64,000 nt of DNA from Candidatus Altimarinota bacterium (lineage in GTDB: Bacteria; Patescibacteriota; Gracilibacteria; CAIRYL01; GCA-016699755). Location of the stretch: NCBI GenBank assembly GCA_963664295.1, contig OY760935.1, forward strand, positions 480,001 through 544,000. The letters run 5' to 3'. Position 1 is the stretch's first letter. Each line of letters starts with the position of its first letter. The notes beneath the pieces are model-generated. The model ran no database searches, was not told where the DNA came from, and saw only the letters and a program-made list of their open reading frames with translations. Positions 56,856 through 64,000 of this stretch are shown here, piece by piece. Made by a program: the position numbers and the translations under genes.

Positions 56856-58652
56856 TTATTTTGAGCGCTTTCTGTCAATTTCTTTTAGGTATTTTTTTCG
56901 TAAACGAATTCGAGTAGGAGTAATTTCTGCGTATTCGTCGTCTTTAATATACTCTATTGCTTTCTCTAATGTAATAGGAATTATAGGAGTCAGAGTAAGA
57001 GCATCATCAGAACCAGAAGCTCGCACATTAGTTAACTTCTTGTTTTTAGTTGGATTAACATTAATATCAGTTCCTTGATTGTGTTCACCAATAATCATTC
57101 CTTCATAAATTTCTGTAGCTGGTTTTATAAACATTGGTCCACGCTCTTGAAGTTTCCATAGTGAATAAGCCATGGCAACACCTGTTTCTGCGGAAATCAT
57201 AGACCCAACACTACGCTTTTCAATATGTCCAAGGTGAGGAGCAAAATGGTCAAATGAATGATAAAAAGTACCTTCCCCGCGAGTAAGAAGCAAAAATAAA
57301 GACTGAAAACCAAGTAGTCCTCTAGTTGGAACAGTAAATTCCAAAAGAGTATTTCCATTATCTGATTGCATATTGGTCATAACTCCCTTTCTTTTTCCTA
57401 AAGCTTCAATAACTGAGCCACTCATAGCATCAGGAACATTAATAACTACATTTTCAATGGGCTCATGTTTTTTGCCATCAATATTTTTCATAATAACTTC
57501 TGGCTGAGAAATCTGTAGCTCAAATCCTTCGCGTCGCATAGTTTCAATTAAAACTGCTATATGCATTTCTCCACGACCATAAACCTTAATTGCATCACTA
57601 TTATCTTGAGGCTCAATTCTTAATCCAACATTAGTTTCTAGCTCTTTTTCTAAGCGATCTTTAATATGCCTACTAGTGACAAACTTCCCTTCACGACCTG
57701 CAAAAGGAGAATCATTCACCATAAATTCAATAGCTAATGAAGGAGGATCTACTTTAATGCTTGGCAAAGCTTCTGCGCTTGCATCAGTACTAATTGTTTC
57801 ACCCACATAAATATCTGGCAAACCAGCAATAGCGACTATGTCACCTGCTTCAACTTTAGAAACCTCTTTTCTCTCCATACCTTGAAAAGTAAAAAGTTTT
57901 GCTACTCTTCCGTTACGTTTTTTATTATTACTTCCGGTTATTATTACGCTTTGATTATTTTCTAAAACACCTTCATAAACACGCCCAATAGCAATTCGTC
58001 CTAAAAAATTATCATAACTCAAAGTTGCTGGTTGCATTCGAAAAGGCACATCCATATTGCCTGGTGCGGGCTCTACATGTTCCAAAATAAAGCTTATCAA
58101 TGGCTGAATATTTTCTCCTTTATCTTCTAGTTTAGCAATGGCAATACCCTCCTTGGCATTAGCATAAATATATGGAAAATCTAATTGTTCTTCAGTTGCT
58201 CCCAATGTAGCAAAAAGATCAAAAGTTAAATCCAAAACCTTATCTGGACGAGCCATAGGTTTGTCAATTTTATTAATCACTACTAATATTTTATGACCTA
58301 ATTCAAGGGATTTTTTTAATACAAATTTAGTCTGTGGCATAGGTCCTTCATAAGCATCCACTACCAATAAAACAGCATCAACTGTTTTAAGAACACGCTC
58401 TACTTCTGACCCAAAATCAGCATGCCCAGGAGTATCTACGATGTTAATCTTTTTCCCTTGATAATTAATAGATGCATTTTTCGCATAAATAGTAATACCA
58501 CGTTCTTTCTCTTGATCATTGCTATCCATAGCTCTTTCCTCAAGCCCTTTATGAGTGTCAAAATTCTCACTAGATTTTAAAAGTGAATCAATAAGAGTAG
58601 TTTTTCCATGATCAACATGGGCCACAACAGCAATATTATAAATTTCCATCAA
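56856..58652 (-). CDS. typA: Translational GTPase TypA/BipA
   Basis: [39 protein letters not shown]. Confidence 0.98.
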   Translation of the reverse strand: MMEIYNIAVVAHVDHGKTTLIDSLLKSSENFDTHKGLEERAMDSNDQEKERGITIYAKNASINYQGKKINIVDTPGHADFGSEVERVLKTVDAVLLVVDAYEGPMPQTKFVLKKSLELGHKILVVINKIDKPMARPDKVLDLTFDLFATLGATEEQLDFPYIYANAKEGIAIAKLEDKGENIQPLISFILEHVEPAPGNMDVPFRMQPATLSYDNFLGRIAIGRVYEGVLENNQSVIITGSNNKKRNGRVAKLFTFQGMERKEVSKVEAGDIVAIAGLPDIYVGETISTDASAEALPSIKVDPPSLAIEFMVNDSPFAGREGKFVTSRHIKDRLEKELETNVGLRIEPQDNSDAIKVYGRGEMHIAVLIETMRREGFELQISQPEVIMKNIDGKKHEPIENVVINVPDAMSGSVIEALGKRKGVMTNMQSDNGNTLLEFTVPTRGLLGFQSLFLLLTRGEGTFYHSFDHFAPHLGHIEKRSVGSMISAETGVAMAYSLWKLQERGPMFIKPATEIYEGMIIGEHNQGTDINVNPTKNKKLTNVRASGSDDALTLTPIIPITLEKAIEYIKDDEYAEITPTRIRLRKKYLKEIDRKRSK

Positions 58653-58875
58653 TTTTTACTAAGAATAATCAAAATGTCCGATAGAATTTACACTAAAATT
58701 TATAGCTCGTCAAGTGTCATATTTTTGAATTAAAAAAAATCAATAGAAATAAAAGCTCAAAAAGTAAACATGGCTATACTTAAAACTTTATGATATTGTT
58801 AGCTTTGAATAGAAAAATTTTAAAAAAATATATTTGCAAGTGCAATATTGTTTTTTGTTACTTTAAAACAAACTT

Positions 58876-60243
58876 ATGAACAGCAAAATTCCAATTAGAT
58901 CTAAAGACGATATTCTAAAATTCTTTTATAGTGCCTCTGTCCCGAAAAAAGAATTACTAATTGGACTAGAAGTAGAAAGAAGTGGTGTTTTAGATATAGA
59001 CTTAAGTCCTGTTTCCTATTCAGGGAAGTCTGGTTATTTAGCAATATTAAAAAAACTTGTAAAAGAGGTTGGCTGGAAAATATCGAACCAAGATGATAAC
59101 GGCAATATTACCTCACTAAAAAGAGGTGGAAGCGAAATACACATAGAAGATGATGGTCGACTAGAATTAGTCAGCAAACCCAGAAAAGGACTTATTAATC
59201 TCTGCCGAGAATATGAAATGCATGCTCACGAAATTGATGAAATTTCTAAAGAGTTTGGCATACGTTGGACATCTATGGGTTGGCAACCTTTTGCAAAAAA
59301 AAGTGAAATAAGATATGCCTTTCCAGAACAAAATGCTATATCAAGCAAACATTACAAAAATCACTATCCCGATTGGCAAGAAAAATTATTTGCAGGATGG
59401 GAAAAGAAAAATAACGGAGTTCATGTAAACTTTGGCTACACATCTGAAGAAGACGCAATTAATAAATTTCAAACTGTATTAAAAATATCACCAATTTTAA
59501 TGGCAATGTTTGCCAATTCTCCACTTACAACTAGTAAATATTCAGGTTTTTTAGCAAAACGTAATCAAACAACATTTATGTGTTGCCCACATCGCACCCA
59601 AATACAAAAAGCTTTCTTTGAAAAAAATTTCAATTTTGATAAATGGGTTGAATACCTTTTAGACTTGCCTATGCGTCGAATTAGTCGTAAAAATAAACAA
59701 ATATTTGTTCCATTATCTTTTAGAAATTACCTAAAAAATGGCTACAAAAATTATCGTCCCCGAATTCAAGATTTATATTTGCATATAAAATCAGTTTGGA
59801 ATGAAGCAAGAATTAAACACTACCTTGAATACAGAGCATTTGATACAGTACCTCCTCACCTTATTCCATCAATTCCAGCAATCATCTGTGGTCTAACTTT
59901 AAATTTAGAAACCATGAAAGAATGCCAAAAATTAGTTAAAAATTGGACATTTAGTGATTATTTAGAAATGCGAAAAAAAGCATTTAAGTATGGATTGCAG
60001 GCAAAAACGCCTAATGGAGAAAAACTACTTCACCTTGCAAAAAAACTTATTAATATTTCCTCCAATTCTTTAAAAATAATGCATAAAAACAAAGTCGAAA
60101 GAATCGATGTGTCTCGCTTCTTGTGGCCAATTAAAGAATATATTTTTGTTCGCGAACAATCTCCAGCTGAATATGTTATGGAAATGTGGCGAGGAGATTG
60201 GCATAAAAATCCACGAAAATTACTTGAATGGTCAGAAAAATAA
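58876..60243 (+). CDS. Glutamate--cysteine ligase, GCS2 (plant/alphaproteobacterial/EgtA-like) family
   Basis: IGLEVE, IEDDGRLELVS, VHVNFGY, AMFANSP, EARIKHYLEYRAFD. Confidence 0.8.
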   Translation: MNSKIPIRSKDDILKFFYSASVPKKELLIGLEVERSGVLDIDLSPVSYSGKSGYLAILKKLVKEVGWKISNQDDNGNITSLKRGGSEIHIEDDGRLELVSKPRKGLINLCREYEMHAHEIDEISKEFGIRWTSMGWQPFAKKSEIRYAFPEQNAISSKHYKNHYPDWQEKLFAGWEKKNNGVHVNFGYTSEEDAINKFQTVLKISPILMAMFANSPLTTSKYSGFLAKRNQTTFMCCPHRTQIQKAFFEKNFNFDKWVEYLLDLPMRRISRKNKQIFVPLSFRNYLKNGYKNYRPRIQDLYLHIKSVWNEARIKHYLEYRAFDTVPPHLIPSIPAIICGLTLNLETMKECQKLVKNWTFSDYLEMRKKAFKYGLQAKTPNGEKLLHLAKKLINISSNSLKIMHKNKVERIDVSRFLWPIKEYIFVREQSPAEYVMEMWRGDWHKNPRKLLEWSEK

Positions 60244-60374
60244 TTCAAACTCTTTTTTGTCAAATTTACTAATTTATTTTCTTTAATAGCATCAACTTCC
60301 ACGTTAACACCGAAAAAAATCAATTTCCATTTATAGAAAATTACTAAATTATTTTAAAAAATCAATTTTTACCC

Positions 60375-60434
60375 AGACTGCGTCGTCAACGAACCCGAGG
60401 CTTCGAGGTAGCCATTTCCTGCTTCACAATGAAA
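60375..60434. repeat. Degenerate REP-like element
   Basis: agactgcgtcgtc...cttcacaatgaaa resembles the AGATTGC...GCAATGAC ends of the 38-kb repeats; GC-rich island in an AT-rich spacer. Confidence 0.4.
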
Positions 60435-60507
60435 TAACCTTTGGCTTCGCCACAAAAACATTGCATTGAAGTTCCATATTGAATGATGTACGAAAAATTT
60501 TAACTAC

Positions 60508-60537
60508 AAAAAAAGCCAGTTTGAACTGGCTTTTTTT
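60508..60537. terminator. Bidirectional intrinsic terminator
   Basis: aaaaaaagccagtt-tg-aactggcttttttt between convergent genes. Confidence 0.8.
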
Positions 60538-60557
60538 AAGTCATTAAGTTCTATTTT

Positions 60558-62390
60558 TTATTTTATTAGCTGATAAATAGCTACTGCTGTTTCCCATCTT
60601 GTCAAAACTTTATTTGGTTCAAGATAATTTCCTTTTTCTGGAAATAAATCATATTTTTGCGCTACACCAGCGTACTGATAATACCAATCAGCTAAACTAA
60701 CGTCATAATATGAAACTGATAAATTTTGCTGAAGATTGTGCGCTTCTGTAAGCATTTTAAGAAACTCAGCAGTGGTCACCGTTTGTGCTGGACGAAATTT
60801 GCCATCAGCATATCCGTGAACTAAGCCTTTTTCTTTTGCCTTTTGAACATATTTTGCATACCAAGCATCAGCAGAAACATCTGGAAAAGGAGAAGTATTA
60901 ATATCTTCAACAGAGCCATAAGCAGACAAAACAATAAACTTACATACTTCAGCACGATTTAAGGTTCGATAGCCTTTAAATTTAACCTCTAAAGTTTCTC
61001 TGTTTAGATAACCCTTAATAATATTTTTATGAGAAAGATAAATAGCAGCACGACCTCTAAGTGTTTCTGCAACACTACTATTTATATCTGCATATGGATT
61101 AGATAACTCTTCTTCCTCTTGCACCTCTTGCTCATAGTCATCTTCATCGACAATAGAGATATTTGTGTTTTCATCTACACAAAGACCATTTTCACAATAA
61201 CCTGAACAAGTAACAAGCTTGTAAGTATATTCACTACCATCAAAATAATATTCTTTTAAGATTTTGTCTGACAAACAAACATCTTCATCAACAAAATTAC
61301 TTTTATCAATAAATAATGTGTAAATCCTACTTTCTAAAGGAAAATTGGCATCAATTTCCACTGCATCACCTGTATCTAAAGACTCTGCATCTATATAGCT
61401 ACTATTTGGAATTGATAAATATATATTTGAGTCAACTTCTCCATCAAAATCTACTTTTATATCAAAAATTTCTTTTTTTCCTGCCTCTATTTCAAAATTT
61501 AAATTATCAAAATAAGCATAGCCATTGTTCAAAAATCCTGTCTCTAATAAAACAGATCCATGATAAAGATTAATTTCATCTACTTCTTCTTCATAATCTA
61601 TAGATCCATTAATTCTAAGCTTAATTTCCTCTATTGCAATATCGCTATTTTGACTTTCATTCGTGAAATAAATATCTAAAGCATTAAATTTTTCAAAATT
61701 ATAATCAACATTTTGATTAAAAGGAGAGCTTACTTCTATTTTTAAAACTTCATCATCTAATAAATTATCATCATTTTGGCTATTATTAGTGTCATCGCCA
61801 TAAACTTCATCATAACTAACATCATAACTAACAGAAGAAATTACGTATATATTACCCCTTATAGGAAAATCACCATGAATATCTCCTGTAGTAAGATCAT
61901 CTCCTGATGATAAATCTTCTATTTCTATGTTATTTGCACTATTAAGTTCAATAGAAAAATAATCACCTGCAATAGCATCATCATCAATATCAAATTTGAG
62001 AGTTAATTCCAACTCTTGATCCTCCTGCAACATAAGATTTAGATTGTAAAATCTTAGCTCCCCATCATTGTTTAAGTCTGCAAAATCTAAAACAGTATTA
62101 CCTTGTAATAATTTTATGTCATCAAATGACTCTTGATGATATAAACCATACATTTTAAAAACAAGGTCTTTCAGTACAAGATCACAATTATCTGCACGAA
62201 CATTAAAAACAAGGACTTCAAAATCTTCAATATCCTTAGGGACAACCTGAGCAGGTTGATTTGATGAAGATAAGGATACATATAATTGCGGTGAACCAAC
62301 AGCCTGAGCAGTGTTAACACCTTGAGAGCTTAAAAAAAATAAACTCATTACAGTAAATAAAATACTGATTTTTCTTATTAAAATTTTCAT
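60558..62390 (-). CDS. Secreted protein with acidic beta-rich domains and C-terminal SLH domains
   Basis: Signal peptide; LNRAEVCK, FPDVSADAWY, GYADGKFRP, LTRWETAVAIYQL. Confidence 0.85.
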   Translation of the reverse strand: MKILIRKISILFTVMSLFFLSSQGVNTAQAVGSPQLYVSLSSSNQPAQVVPKDIEDFEVLVFNVRADNCDLVLKDLVFKMYGLYHQESFDDIKLLQGNTVLDFADLNNDGELRFYNLNLMLQEDQELELTLKFDIDDDAIAGDYFSIELNSANNIEIEDLSSGDDLTTGDIHGDFPIRGNIYVISSVSYDVSYDEVYGDDTNNSQNDDNLLDDEVLKIEVSSPFNQNVDYNFEKFNALDIYFTNESQNSDIAIEEIKLRINGSIDYEEEVDEINLYHGSVLLETGFLNNGYAYFDNLNFEIEAGKKEIFDIKVDFDGEVDSNIYLSIPNSSYIDAESLDTGDAVEIDANFPLESRIYTLFIDKSNFVDEDVCLSDKILKEYYFDGSEYTYKLVTCSGYCENGLCVDENTNISIVDEDDYEQEVQEEEELSNPYADINSSVAETLRGRAAIYLSHKNIIKGYLNRETLEVKFKGYRTLNRAEVCKFIVLSAYGSVEDINTSPFPDVSADAWYAKYVQKAKEKGLVHGYADGKFRPAQTVTTAEFLKMLTEAHNLQQNLSVSYYDVSLADWYYQYAGVAQKYDLFPEKGNYLEPNKVLTRWETAVAIYQLIK

Positions 62391-62468
62391 GATTAAAAAT
62401 AAAAAGTTAAATGTTTAATTATTAAAACGAAAGTGAAGATAAAAATCTTACACTTTTTTTGTAATTTT

Positions 62469-64000
62469 TTATAATTCCTGCTCAAAATCATCTAAATTAA
62501 CATCAGAAGGTAAAGGCAAAAGGCATTTTCCATTCTCGCAAGTCCTATCTGAACCACATTGCAGAGCAACATTCCAACTTAAATATGGCTCTGCATTCCA
62601 ATAGTCACACTCATACACAGCATTATCTACACATTTTTTTTGACCTTGATAAAAACATTCATCAGCATGACTCACTATGCACTGTCCTTGCTGACAAGTG
62701 GTTCCACTAGCACAATTTTCATATTTCCATTCAGTATAACCATCATTATTTAAGTCAGTGCAAACTCGCACTTTACCATCAATACATTCTCTTGCGCCTC
62801 TTGTGCACTGATTTGTTATTTTTTTTTCACAAATTCCTAGACTACATTGTTCACTGGAGTCACATGTGTTTATTGTTTGCCAAATTAAACAGCCACTATT
62901 ATTGACCCTGCAAACTTGCACTTTATTGCCTGAACAAATTTGTCTACCAATAGTTGAACACTGATTTTCGCAAGACTGAATACACTCTCCGTCATCACAA
63001 AAATAACCATCACCACAACTTGTTGTATTTTCAAAGCTTAAATAACCTTGGTTATGCCAATTGTTACATTCTAAAATATAATCACCATTACACTTTCTTA
63101 GTCCTTGATACTCACACTCATCTGGCCTTTCTGCCTCTTTAACACTAATAATAAAACTATTTTTATTATTATTTTCATTAATTTCATCAATTAATTTTGT
63201 TGAATCTAATACAACTTTGACATCATATTGATCAATTCTTTCGTAATAATGAAAAAAATTAATTTCCAATGCCTCTTGAGGCAATAAAGAATTAACTAAG
63301 CTTCTGTTTACAATTCCATCTCCCCAATCTATTTCCACAAAAAATTCATTTGCATCAATTTCGCCTAAGTTATTTATTTTAATATACACATTGCTTATTT
63401 TGCCAAGCTTAAAATCATCTAAATCAACTCCAGTTATTACTAAATCGCTAAGTTGAACTTTTTTGTCAGAATTTTGAGTTGTTGTTTGTTCAATTTCTTT
63501 AATTGTTTCTGTAAATAATTCTGTTTCACTAATAATTTCTTCTGACCTGCTAATTTCACCAGAAACAGAAACTAATTCCTTGCTATCTAATCTAACAACT
63601 TCACTCGACAACGATACTGGCTCGATAATCTTTATTTCTTGTTTTTTCTCTATTGTTTCAACAACCTTTAATAATGTTTCTTTTTGGTTTTTTGCAGAAT
63701 CAGTGATTAGATTTTCCATTTCCTTTTCTAGTACAGGATCTTCGATTTGATCAACAATCTCAATCGCCTCATTAATATTAGCGCTAATTTCATTCAAAGA
63801 AGCTTTATCAACAACACCGCCGTCTGCAAGAACTACAACCTCTTCTAATCTTCTTTCAGCAAATTTTATATTTTTTTTAACTTTTCCTTCATCAGAAAAA
63901 GTAAGATCGTATTCAATTTCTTCAACAAATCTTTTTAAAAAATACAAATTACTCTCTCTGTTAACATTAGGTGATATATAAGCATAACCTGTTGTTATGC
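62469..64000 (-). CDS. DUF5667-like + CARDB + Cys-rich repeat protein (5' end beyond the window)
   Basis: Frame open to the edge; LYFLKRFVE...FAERRLEEV; DLVI...IDEINENNN; four C..G...C.....C...C.....C..G.C repeats. Confidence 0.8.
   Translation of the reverse strand, partial: ITTGYAYISPNVNRESNLYFLKRFVEEIEYDLTFSDEGKVKKNIKFAERRLEEVVVLADGGVVDKASLNEISANINEAIEIVDQIEDPVLEKEMENLITDSAKNQKETLLKVVETIEKKQEIKIIEPVSLSSEVVRLDSKELVSVSGEISRSEEIISETELFTETIKEIEQTTTQNSDKKVQLSDLVITGVDLDDFKLGKISNVYIKINNLGEIDANEFFVEIDWGDGIVNRSLVNSLLPQEALEINFFHYYERIDQYDVKVVLDSTKLIDEINENNNKNSFIISVKEAERPDECEYQGLRKCNGDYILECNNWHNQGYLSFENTTSCGDGYFCDDGECIQSCENQCSTIGRQICSGNKVQVCRVNNSGCLIWQTINTCDSSEQCSLGICEKKITNQCTRGARECIDGKVRVCTDLNNDGYTEWKYENCASGTTCQQGQCIVSHADECFYQGQKKCVDNAVYECDYWNAEPYLSWNVALQCGSDRTCENGKCLLPLPSDVNLDDFEQEL

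Overview
AT-rich chromosomal segment of a Patescibacteria (CPR) bacterium, most likely Peregrinibacteria. The lineage call is an inference from several SLH surface proteins, a CPR-type pilin, a CPR-type GT2, purF/purB/pyrG/dapF, and standard code 11 with TGA stops at efp and khpA. Most of the window is housekeeping (ftsA-ftsZ, thrS with a T-box, rpsP-khpA, efp, rny, pth-obgE, purF, pyrG, lemA operon, hppA/ppa, amrSBA, dapF, DEAD-box helicase, typA) mixed with orphan proteins. The most unusual locus is 2540-3475. Here two identical small GIY-YIG nuclease genes sit in a 321-bp tandem array between a putative tRNA promoter and an intact tRNA-Pro(TGG). Each gene is preceded by a 5' tRNA-Pro fragment that stops in the T-loop and has its anticodon arm replaced by the palindrome TCCGCC-TTA-GGCGGA. 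The same palindrome lies in an 84-nt insert in the T-loop of a duplicated tRNA-Arg(GCG) 3' end (8653-8761) and, degenerately, in a REP-like cluster (38068-38508), suggesting a tRNA-targeting GIY-YIG/palindrome element family. Other candidates: a hydrolase-less RelA/SpoT synthetase overlapping an output-less PAS-PAS-PAS-GAF sensor; a 1809-aa repeat protein with a caspase-like His/Cys region; a divergent carbamoyltransferase fusion; a T-box with no evident terminator; a 6S-like hairpin before rny; and duplicated gene 5' ends upstream of pth and purF. All calls are by eye; no searches were run.
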